NCBI GenBank assembly: GCA_035999915.1
Contig: DASYGJ010000358.1
Location: forward strand, 6,050-30,049
Direction of reading: 5' to 3'
From: Leifsonia sp.
Lineage (GTDB): Bacteria; Actinomycetota; Actinomycetes; Actinomycetales; Microbacteriaceae
Length of the DNA stretch: 24,000 nt
In this document: positions 8,077 to 15,880 of the stretch, in pieces
How the letters are laid out: each line of letters starts with the position of its first letter
How positions within the stretch are numbered: position 1 is the stretch's first letter
Translations under genes and position numbers: made by a program
Notes under the pieces: model-generated
Database searches by the model: none
The model's input: the letters and a program-made list of their open reading frames with translations, nothing else
What the model was told of the DNA's origin: nothing

Positions 8077-9105
8077 TTATCCGAGGGCGGGCTGCTGCTG
8101 GGTGATGCAGTGGATGCCGCCGCCACGGTCAAAAAGCGGTCGGGCGTCGACGGTGACGACTCGATGCCCGGGGTAGGCGGCGCCTAGGATCTCCCGCGCA
8201 CGCGCATCGGCGATGTCGTCACCGAAGCCGCAGGCCACGACTCCGTCGTTGGTGACGAGGTGATTGATGTAGCTCCAGTCGACCCAGCCGTGCGCGTCAC
8301 GCAGTCTCGATGGTGCCGGTACGCCGGTGATGGTGACCGATCGATCTCGTGCGGCGAAGGCCGCTTCCAGCTCGCCGCGAATCGTGTGCGAGACCTGGTA
8401 GTCGGGGTGGGAGGGGTCCGTCTGCTCGTGTACGAGGACATGGTCCGGTGACGCGAGCGTGGCGACGATGTCGACGTGTCCGTTGGTACCGAGCTCGTCG
8501 TAGTCCCGAGTGAGTCCTTGTGAAAGCCAGATCGCGTCCGTTGCGCCAATGGTGCGAGCCATCTCTCTCTCCACGCGTGCGCGATCCGCGTAGGGATTTC
8601 GTCGAGGGTCGAGCTGCACGGTTTCAGTCAGTAATACCGTTCCGGCGCCGTCGACGTGCAGGCCGCCGCCCTCAGCTACCAGCAGGGAGTCGATGATCTC
8701 AGAGCCAACATGTTCGGCGACGAGGCGGGCGATCGCAGCAGACTTCTGCCATTCAGCCCAGTCCGGTGCCCCCCAACCGTTGAAGATCCAGTCCACTGCG
8801 CCGAGGACGTCCGGCCGGTCGCTGTCCACGACGAACGTGGGACCCATGTCGCGCATCCAGAACTCGTCGACGGGCGCTTCGATGATCTCGATCGCCGAGT
8901 CCAGCATCCGCCGGGCGCGCGCGATCTCGGTCGGATCGACCACCATGCTCACCGGCTCGAACTGGAGGACGGCGTGAGCGACGTCGGTCCAGGCGCGATA
9001 GCCTTCCTCCCGGGTCTCGGCTCCTTCTCCCAGCGTGAACCCTTCACGGGGGAACGCCATCCAGGTGCGTTCGTGTCGGGTGGTTTCGGCGGGCATGCGC
9101 CACAT
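8077..9105 (-). CDS. Agmatine deiminase family protein (Porphyromonas-type peptidyl-arginine deiminase fold, PF04371-like)
   Basis: N-terminal ...ERTWMAFPREG... and C-terminal ...FDRGGGIHCITQQQP, the family's catalytic-Cys signature. 342 aa; alternative start at 9096. Confidence 0.9.
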   Translation of the reverse strand: MWRMPAETTRHERTWMAFPREGFTLGEGAETREEGYRAWTDVAHAVLQFEPVSMVVDPTEIARARRMLDSAIEIIEAPVDEFWMRDMGPTFVVDSDRPDVLGAVDWIFNGWGAPDWAEWQKSAAIARLVAEHVGSEIIDSLLVAEGGGLHVDGAGTVLLTETVQLDPRRNPYADRARVEREMARTIGATDAIWLSQGLTRDYDELGTNGHVDIVATLASPDHVLVHEQTDPSHPDYQVSHTIRGELEAAFAARDRSVTITGVPAPSRLRDAHGWVDWSYINHLVTNDGVVACGFGDDIADARAREILGAAYPGHRVVTVDARPLFDRGGGIHCITQQQPALG

Positions 9106-9120
9106 GGTGTCTTCTTTCTC

Positions 9121-9135
9121 AGTGGAGTGGAGTGG
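9121..9135. repeat. Tandem pentanucleotide (AGTGG)x3 in an intercistronic spacer
   Basis: Read directly, between the stop of the fusion gene (9136) and the start of the deiminase gene (9105). Confidence 0.8.
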
Positions 9136-12000
9136 TCAGAATCCGGTGCTGAGCACTCGATCGAGCGCGTCGACGAAGGCGTCGGCCGAAGCGATGGTGA
9201 CGACGAGGGGCGGCTTGATCTTGAGGACGTTCTGGTGGTCGCCGGTCGGTTGCATGATCACACCGAGCTCGAGCAGCCGCGCGCAGATGGCAGCGGTCTC
9301 GGCCGTGGCGGGTTCGAGCGTTTCGCGGTCGCGCACGAATTCCAGCCCGAGGTACAGGCCCGATCCGTGCACGGTTCCGACGATTTCGTGAACCTGCCCG
9401 AGCTGTTCGAGGCGTCGCTTCAGGTGCGCTCCGACGATGCGGGCGTTCTCTTGAAGACCCTCCTCCTGGATGACGTCGAGCACGGCCATGCCGATCACCG
9501 CGGAGACAGGTGAGCCGCCGGTCGAGGAGAAGAAGTATCCCTGCGAGCGGTAGCGGTCTGCGATCTCCCGACGCGTGATCACCGCACCGAGAGGGTGACC
9601 TCCGCCGATGGACTTGGCCACGGCGACGATGTCGGGCACCACACGTTGCTGTTCGAAGCCCCAGAACCAGTCGCCGAGCCTTCCGTAACCGACCTGCACC
9701 TCGTCGGCAATGGTTAGACCGCCGTGACGCCGGATCGCAGCGTAGACGGCAGAGAGGTAGTGGTCGGGTAGGGCCACGCCGCCGGCGTTTCCGAAGTAGG
9801 TCTCGCAGATCATGCCGGCCGGGGGACGTCCGGACGCCGCGAGGTCGTCGATGACGGCGACGGCTTCGGGCGCGTAGCGGTCGGAGTCAGGGCCGCGGTG
9901 GCGGCCGCGATACGGGTTCGCCGCGTCGACGGTGTGCACCCACCCGGGTCGGGTCGCCAGGGCGTTCGGGTTGTCGGCGACTGACGTCGACACAGCGTCG
10001 CTGGCGTAGGTCCATCCGTGGTAGGCCTCCCTCATCGCGACGATGTCGGGCCGACCTGTCGCGGCCATGGCGAGGCGGATTGCGAGGTCGGTCGCCTCGG
10101 ACCCGGAGTTGACGAAGAACACCGTGTTGAGTTCGTCGGGCAGGGTGGCCGCGATGCGCTCGGCATAGTCGGCGATCGCGCGGTAGTGGAAGCGCGAGTT
10201 GGTGTTCAGGAGGTGCATCTGGCGTGCGGCGGCGTCGACGACGTGCGGGTGCGCGTGACCGACGGAGGCAACGTTGTTGACCATGTCGAGGTAGACGCGA
10301 CCGTTCACGTCGATGAGGTATTCGCGCCAGCCGCGTTCTATGCGTGGCGGAGCGTCGTAGTAGTGCTCCTGGACTTCGGCGAGTACCCCGTGTCTGCGGG
10401 CCAGGACATCGTCGTCGACCGGCGCCGCGGCAGGTACGCCGATGGCTGCGCCCGGGTCCCCGGCGACCGTACGCCAGGCAGCCGCGAGTACCGGTGTGGT
10501 TCGAGCGGGCGGGGTGACGCCCGTCCGGGAACGCTGAACGACCAGTCGTGTCCGTGCGGGGAGCTCGTCCGAGACACCTGTGGCGCCAGAGATCGTCACT
10601 TGCTCATCGCCCGACGCCCACGATAGAACCCCATCGGTCTCCGTGACGGAGCCCGCGGACGCGTGCAGCCTGGTCGGTTCGGCCAGCCACAGGATCGCGC
10701 CGGTCGGGATCGTCTCCGTTGTGGACGGCAGCGGCTCGGTCGTCCCGGTCAGTCGGGCACGCCACGCTGGGACCGTGACGATCGCTGCGCCATCGTCGAG
10801 CGCAGCGAGAGCTGCAGCATCCAAGGTCGTCGCGTCGAGCCACGCCCCGGCGTCGTTGAGCGGTGATTCCGGGGATGCGTCGAGTTCCACGTGCGGGGAG
10901 AGCCGGGGCAGCAGGGCGTCGATCGCCCAGGGCCGCTGGGTCTCGACGGTTCGTCCCAGTGCGGTGCGGATCGCGGCGGTGATCACGGGCAGCGGGATCG
11001 ATACCGCTTGCTCGAGGATCCGGAGCTCGCGGTCGAGCGCGACGGTGGCGTAGGAATTGCCCTCGTCGAGACGCACTTGGGCGCGGCCGCTGAGAACCAG
11101 AACTGCCCCTCGCAGGACGACGAGGGGCCACAACGCCGTGATCTCCGCATCCGTGAGTTTCCGGACCCGATCGAATTCCTCGATGGCGGGCAGCGTGCTC
11201 TCAGGCCTCGCCCCGCTGTGATGCAGGATGGACGACACGGTGACCGCGAGCTCTCCCACACGCCACGAAGAGCAGACGTCGCCGAAGTCGATCACCGCGT
11301 CGGGCACAGCCGTTCCGGCCGCCCGCAGGACGTTGTCATCGGTGACGTCGAAATGCCCGAACTGAGTGGGGAGCTCGTCCTGCACGGGTCCCAGCGCAGC
11401 TCGGGCGGCGTCGACGGCGTGCAACACCGTCGCCCGTACCTCCGGGTCCGGTTCGCCGGGCAGCAGTGTGTCGACCACGCGCTCTGCGTGACGCAGATCC
11501 CACTGAAGGACGCGTGCGCCGGCCGGGTGGGAGAAATCGGCGAGTCCGAGGCTGATCGCGGCCGCCAGAGAGCCCATGCCCCTGACCGTGGCGGGGGAGA
11601 GGTATTCGGAGCCCATGAGTGTCGTGCCGGCGATGTTCTCGATGACCCGCGCATGCAGGTGGCCTTCGGAAGAACGCCACCAGGCGGACATCGCCCCGCG
11701 GGGACCCTCGACGAGACGGGGAATCCGCAGCTGGGGGTTTGCGTCGGCGACATGCGCAGCCGCGGCATCCTGCATCTCGATCTCGCTGCCGCTGAAGGCG
11801 GGGTTGCTCAGCTTGAGCACGCCCAACGGGCTGTGCGAGCCGGCCGGAAAGACGCGGAAGTTCTGATCTTGTTGACTGCCCAGCGGGTGAACATCGACCG
11901 CGACGCCGAACTCCGTGGCGAACAGCGTTGTCACCTCGTCGGCGGAGAGGGTGGGTGTGGGCAGATCCACGTGTGCGAAGTAGTCGAAGAATTCAGACAT
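9136..12000 (-). CDS. Fusion protein: APH/hydroxylysine-kinase-like phosphotransferase domain, ~200-aa central region, and class III PLP enzyme of the phospho-lyase (ETNPPL/PHYKPL-like) type
   Basis: 954 aa from ATG 12000 (MSEFFDYF). The track start at 12123 would overlap the upstream amidase.
- Kinase part: LGSQQDQNFRV, catalytic loop HFDVTDDN (aa 216-223), IDFGD (237-241).
- PLP part: NSGSEA (631-636), DEVQVGYGR (766-), PLP-Lys in VAVAKSIGGGHP (K796), and NVLKIKPP (924-931). This last motif is the one I recall as characteristic of AGXT2L-type phospho-lyases. Confidence 0.9.
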   Translation of the reverse strand: MSEFFDYFAHVDLPTPTLSADEVTTLFATEFGVAVDVHPLGSQQDQNFRVFPAGSHSPLGVLKLSNPAFSGSEIEMQDAAAAHVADANPQLRIPRLVEGPRGAMSAWWRSSEGHLHARVIENIAGTTLMGSEYLSPATVRGMGSLAAAISLGLADFSHPAGARVLQWDLRHAERVVDTLLPGEPDPEVRATVLHAVDAARAALGPVQDELPTQFGHFDVTDDNVLRAAGTAVPDAVIDFGDVCSSWRVGELAVTVSSILHHSGARPESTLPAIEEFDRVRKLTDAEITALWPLVVLRGAVLVLSGRAQVRLDEGNSYATVALDRELRILEQAVSIPLPVITAAIRTALGRTVETQRPWAIDALLPRLSPHVELDASPESPLNDAGAWLDATTLDAAALAALDDGAAIVTVPAWRARLTGTTEPLPSTTETIPTGAILWLAEPTRLHASAGSVTETDGVLSWASGDEQVTISGATGVSDELPARTRLVVQRSRTGVTPPARTTPVLAAAWRTVAGDPGAAIGVPAAAPVDDDVLARRHGVLAEVQEHYYDAPPRIERGWREYLIDVNGRVYLDMVNNVASVGHAHPHVVDAAARQMHLLNTNSRFHYRAIADYAERIAATLPDELNTVFFVNSGSEATDLAIRLAMAATGRPDIVAMREAYHGWTYASDAVSTSVADNPNALATRPGWVHTVDAANPYRGRHRGPDSDRYAPEAVAVIDDLAASGRPPAGMICETYFGNAGGVALPDHYLSAVYAAIRRHGGLTIADEVQVGYGRLGDWFWGFEQQRVVPDIVAVAKSIGGGHPLGAVITRREIADRYRSQGYFFSSTGGSPVSAVIGMAVLDVIQEEGLQENARIVGAHLKRRLEQLGQVHEIVGTVHGSGLYLGLEFVRDRETLEPATAETAAICARLLELGVIMQPTGDHQNVLKIKPPLVVTIASADAFVDALDRVLSTGF

Positions 12001-12023
12001 GGGGGTTCCCGGGTGATGGTGTG

Positions 12024-14060
12024 TCAGAGAGGAGAAAGGGGAGTGGTGGCGACGGCCCCGACAGTACCGCCAGCGGCATCCCGTGCGATGAGGACAACGA
12101 GCGGGCCGAAGGGAGCCATCCACGTGCTGACCGGCTCGAGGTAACTGCCCAGCGGCACCTCGGTGGAACCGGTGAGTCGGTTTCCGGTGAGCGTTGCGTC
12201 AACGCGAACGCCGTCGACGTATGCGCCGATGTCGATGGCCGGGCCGCCGGCGATCGTCGCAGAGAACTCCACGACGGTACGTGCACCCTGGCGCTCAACC
12301 GCGACGACGTCGATGTTGATGCGGAGGCCGGTGTCCGCCGGCGGCCGCGACTCCGCGAACACAGCCTCGTCGTCGAGGGTGGGAGTGCGCGTCGGCGTGG
12401 TGCGCCGGTTGCGCAGAGCGGCGATCGCCAAGCCCAGTCGGATCAGGCGAGTGTCGCTATAGGCTCGACTGGCCATCGTGAGTCCCACCGGGATCCCGGT
12501 GTCCTCCATGGTGCCCATCGGAACGACGACCGTGGGGATCCCGAGGTGACGCGGCACGAGGTTCCCGTTCGAAACCCAGACGCCGTTGCGCCACGCTCTC
12601 TCTGCCGAGGCGGGGTTGACATCCGCGTCCGCCGGTCCGACGTCGGACTGCGTGGGGAAGATGACGGCATCGAAACCGCGGTCGTCGAGCCATTTCTCGA
12701 AGTCTTCCCGGCGGGTGCGTTCCAGTCCGCGCAGCCCGTCTTCGAGGCTGCTGATGTTCCGCCAGTCGGGCTGCCATTCCCGGGCCCGCTCGACGTAGTC
12801 GCCGATGTCGTAGGAGATGTCGTAGTGCCGGAGGCCATACCGGTCGGGGAGCGCATCCGGCGGTTGCGGGAAGATTTTCGCGGCATCAGCGTCGGCGATG
12901 CTGTTCAGAGTCGGATCCCCGTTCTGGTGCAGGAAGGCATCCATGGCCCACACTGCGAGGTCGCCGACCTCGTCGTCGAGGAACTGACGGCTAACGAACC
13001 CGCGATCGAGGAAGTCGCGGTCTCCGGGGTGCAGCTTCTCGTAGCGGTCCACGACCGGGAAATCGGCCTCGACCACCTGGGCGCCCGCGGCCTCGAGGTC
13101 AGCGCGAAGGTCTCCCCAGAGGCGCAGGATGCTGTCACGGGTGACGATCGGGGACGCGTTATCCGGGTCCTGGTTGATGTAGATGCGGGGCACGGCAAGG
13201 CGAAGACCCTCGAGCGGCAGCGGTTCCAAGTCGGCGAATGACTCGGGGCGGACCTCCGACGGGCGCGGAAGTTGGATCCACGTTTGCATGCGCCAGAAGT
13301 CGCCGTTGCTGTCCGGATCGTCCGCGACGACCGCGTCCAGGACGTGGAGGAGATCCTTGATTGTGCGGGTGTGTGGGACGACGACGTCCATCGTCGGCAC
13401 GAGCGGCCAGTTCCCTCGCACTGAGATCACTCCGCGTGACGGGGTGTAGGCGACCAGCGCGTTGTGCGAGGCGGGAGCGCGACCGGACGACCAGGTCTCT
13501 TCGCCGAGTCCGAAGGCGGCGAAGCTCGCCGCGGTCGCCGACCCGGATCCATTGGAGGAGCCGGAGCCGAACGCCGAGGTGAGATAGTCACCGTTGTACG
13601 GCGACTCGGCTCGACCATAGAGACCCCGCTGCATGCCGCCGGCCGCCATCGGGGGCATGTTCGTCAGTCCCAGAAGGATCGCGCCCGCCTCCCGCAGTCG
13701 TGCCACCGCGAACGCGTCGTCGCCTGCGATCAGATCGGCGAACGCCGGCGACCCGGCGGCCACGGTCAGACCGGCGACGCGATAGCTGTCCTTTGCCGTG
13801 AAGGGGATGCCGTCGAGAGGACCGCGGCACTCGCCTCGGGCGCGGCGGACGTCAGAGTCACGAGCCTCGTCGAAGACCGAGGCGTTCAACACGGGCACTG
13901 CGTTGAGACGGATGCCGCTCCGGTCGTACGCCGCGATCCGATTCAGATACCGAGCAACCAGCTCCACGCTGGTCACCTCTCCCGCGTCGAGCGCGGCGCG
14001 CAGGCGGTCAATGTCGGCTTCGACGACACTGGGGGCTTCCGTAGACATGGCCGTAAACAT
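12024..14060 (-). CDS. Amidase (amidase-signature family), long form with a C-terminal ~130-aa extension
   Basis: 678 aa with PFTAKDSY (catalytic Lys) and GSGSSNGSGSATAAS...GRAPASHNALVAYTPSRG (variant of the GGSSGG signature). A beta-rich tail follows ...AIAALRNRR. The alternative start ATG 14048 (MSTEAPS) fits a leaderless transcript. Confidence 0.9.
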   Translation of the reverse strand: MFTAMSTEAPSVVEADIDRLRAALDAGEVTSVELVARYLNRIAAYDRSGIRLNAVPVLNASVFDEARDSDVRRARGECRGPLDGIPFTAKDSYRVAGLTVAAGSPAFADLIAGDDAFAVARLREAGAILLGLTNMPPMAAGGMQRGLYGRAESPYNGDYLTSAFGSGSSNGSGSATAASFAAFGLGEETWSSGRAPASHNALVAYTPSRGVISVRGNWPLVPTMDVVVPHTRTIKDLLHVLDAVVADDPDSNGDFWRMQTWIQLPRPSEVRPESFADLEPLPLEGLRLAVPRIYINQDPDNASPIVTRDSILRLWGDLRADLEAAGAQVVEADFPVVDRYEKLHPGDRDFLDRGFVSRQFLDDEVGDLAVWAMDAFLHQNGDPTLNSIADADAAKIFPQPPDALPDRYGLRHYDISYDIGDYVERAREWQPDWRNISSLEDGLRGLERTRREDFEKWLDDRGFDAVIFPTQSDVGPADADVNPASAERAWRNGVWVSNGNLVPRHLGIPTVVVPMGTMEDTGIPVGLTMASRAYSDTRLIRLGLAIAALRNRRTTPTRTPTLDDEAVFAESRPPADTGLRINIDVVAVERQGARTVVEFSATIAGGPAIDIGAYVDGVRVDATLTGNRLTGSTEVPLGSYLEPVSTWMAPFGPLVVLIARDAAGGTVGAVATTPLSPL

Positions 14061-14073
14061 ACACTGATTGTTT
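14055..14073. promoter_or_regulatory. AT-rich divergent start region with dyad AAACA-N9-TGTTT and two overlapping TANNNT -10-like hexamers
   Basis: Only 14 nt (26 nt if the amidase starts at 14048) separate the amidase and TetR start codons, and neither has an SD. TACACT (14060-14065, + strand) ends 9 nt before ATG 14075. TATGTT (14061-14056, - strand) ends 7 nt before ATG 14048. The 5-bp inverted arms at 14055-14059 and 14069-14073 span both hexamers. Confidence 0.3.
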
Positions 14074-14074
14074 T

Positions 14075-14785
14075 ATGGGCACCACAACTATTTCGAGACT
14101 CGCCGGCACGGACGGCTGGGACGGGTGCGTAAGCTCAGGAGGGACCTTTGGGAGGTACGTCATCGGTAGACCGTCCACGCCGATACTCAGCCGGGATCTC
14201 ATCGCGCGCACGGCGCTCGCGCTCGTCGATCGTCATGGGCCGGAAGGCGCGAGCATCCGCCGTGTCGCTGCGCGACTCGGGGTGAACCCCGCTTCGCTGT
14301 ACAACCACGTGCCGAATCGAGCCGCGATGGTCGAAGACGTGCGAGCGCTGGTCTCGGCGCGCATCGACTCGAGGCCATTGCGTGAACTCCCGTGGGAAGA
14401 TGCTCTCCGAGCCTGGGCCAGGTCGTACCGGCGAGCGTTCGCGAGGCACGCTCGGGCTGTGCCCCTGTTGATGACGGAGCGGATCTCGGCGCCCGTGCTG
14501 CTCGCCGAGTACGAAGACTTCGTGGTGGCTGCCGAGGCGGCCGGGTGGCCGCGTCGCGATGTCTTACCCCTGCTGACAGCGTTCGAGTCCTTCATCCTCG
14601 GCAGCGTCATGGACATGTCTGGTCCGACGGTCGTCTTCGATCCGACGGGGCAGGAGGACTCGTTCCCGCGATTTGCCGCGGCATTCGAGACGCTTGGCGA
14701 CGAGGATCCCGCCGACCCCGTCGCCACACGCGCCTTCGAACTGGGTCTCGACATGCTGATTGCCTCCGCCCGCCCTCGCGGTTGA
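14075..14785 (+). CDS. TetR family transcriptional regulator
   Basis: HTH ...LIARTALALVDRHGPEGASIRRVAARLGVNPASLYNHVPNRAAMVEDV... There is no in-frame alternative start downstream before the HTH. Divergent from the amidase operon. Confidence 0.85.
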   Translation: MGTTTISRLAGTDGWDGCVSSGGTFGRYVIGRPSTPILSRDLIARTALALVDRHGPEGASIRRVAARLGVNPASLYNHVPNRAAMVEDVRALVSARIDSRPLRELPWEDALRAWARSYRRAFARHARAVPLLMTERISAPVLLAEYEDFVVAAEAAGWPRRDVLPLLTAFESFILGSVMDMSGPTVVFDPTGQEDSFPRFAAAFETLGDEDPADPVATRAFELGLDMLIASARPRG

Positions 14786-14801
14786 CCAGGAAGGTCGAGA
14801 A

Positions 14802-15620
14802 GTGGACTCATCCGATATCCAATCTCCGCTGGCCACCGAAGCAGGTCGGCGGCTGATCTGCCTGACGCTCGCATGGGATCAGATCCCTGAGTCGATCTCG
14901 ATGGAGGGCGGTAGCGACGAGATCCTGCGCGAGCCCGTCTGTGCGATCCTCGTCGACACCGCGATCGGCTGGGTGCTGCTGGACACCGGCACGGACGCGC
15001 GGAGGTTTCGCGGTCCGAACCCCGACAGAGACCTCTACGCGCCGGCAGGCCTGCCCGAGTTCCTCACGGATGGCGACCCTCTCATCGATGCACTCGCCCA
15101 GCATGGGCTCGCACCGAGCGATCTCGTGCTCGCCGCGATCTCGCACCTGCACTTCGACCACTCCGGAGGCCTGCGGCACCTGGCTGAGGCGGGGGTCGAG
15201 GTCTGCGTCCAACGGCGAGAGCTCGACTTCGCCATGAACGCAGCGACGCGACACGATGCGTACCTCCGGGAGGACTACCAGGACCCGGCCATCAGGTGGC
15301 GCATCCTCGACGGCGACGAGGTCATCGCTCCGGGAATTGACGCCGTCTCGACACCAGGGCATACGCCGGGGCATATGTCGTACCGAGTGAGGATGGCCGA
15401 GTCGGGAACGTGGATTTTCGCTATGGATGCGATTGACTTGCAGAGGGGGATTGACCTCGACCGAGTGGTCGGGACACACGCTGTGCCAGCGGACGCGCCC
15501 CTCGTACGACACTCGCACAATCGTCTGGTCGCCCTTGCACGCGACGAGGGTGCTCGCCTGGTGGCCGGGCACTGCCCCGACACCTGGCCGGCATTGGCTG
15601 CCGAGGGGGTCATCGCCTGA
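14802..15620 (+). CDS. MBL-fold metallo-hydrolase, N-acyl-homoserine-lactonase-like (AiiA/AhlD type)
   Basis: ISHLHFDHSGG is nearly identical to the AiiA zinc motif HLHFDHAGG. Later STPGHTPGH and AGHCP. I prefer GTG 14802, preceded by AGGAAGG (14788-14794), over the track's TTG 14760, which overlaps the TetR 3' end. The start lies 16 nt after the TetR stop. Confidence 0.85.
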   Translation: MDSSDIQSPLATEAGRRLICLTLAWDQIPESISMEGGSDEILREPVCAILVDTAIGWVLLDTGTDARRFRGPNPDRDLYAPAGLPEFLTDGDPLIDALAQHGLAPSDLVLAAISHLHFDHSGGLRHLAEAGVEVCVQRRELDFAMNAATRHDAYLREDYQDPAIRWRILDGDEVIAPGIDAVSTPGHTPGHMSYRVRMAESGTWIFAMDAIDLQRGIDLDRVVGTHAVPADAPLVRHSHNRLVALARDEGARLVAGHCPDTWPALAAEGVIA

Positions 15621-15635
15621 CCCCGAAACGGGGTC
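15619..15635 (+). terminator. Putative stem-loop terminator GACCCCG-aaa-CGGGGTC
   Basis: Perfect 7-bp GC-rich stem overlapping the lactonase stop codon (TGA 15618-15620). There is no U-tract, as is common in high-GC actinobacteria. Confidence 0.45.
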
Positions 15636-15880
15636 GGCTCTCAATCCTCGCGCCGGGACGACGCCTGCGCTCGTATGCGATCAAGCCGACGGTGATGGTC
15701 CACGACTCTAATGCATAGACACGCAAGACGCGCGGACCGGCTGTGCGGGTGGGGGATGAGCGATCGAACCGAAGCGGCACCGCCCCGGTGGTCGCCCCGA
15801 CCGCGAGCAGGACGATGGCGCCAAGACGGCGGATCCATGAGGATTACATCAGCCAACTAGGCGCTTCTGGGCCCACCGCT

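Noticed and set aside
10018-13241. Very long antisense ORFs (10891-12144 at 417 aa; 11928-13241 at 437 aa; 10018-10626 at 202 aa) opposite the fusion gene and amidase
   Set aside because: Same reason: no recognisable domains and a composition dominated by R/G/D/V, while the opposite strand carries unambiguous kinase, PLP and amidase signatures.
15641-15856. Minus-strand reading frames downstream of the lactonase. These include the 71-aa track ORF and a frame reading IRRLGAIVLLAVGATTGAVPLRF...RVLRVYALESWTITVGLIAYERRRR that looks like a signal or TM segment
   Set aside because: The TM-like frame has no start codon after an upstream TAA (only an internal GTG) and no family match. It is possibly a gene remnant next to the att-like site, but it cannot be supported as a feature.
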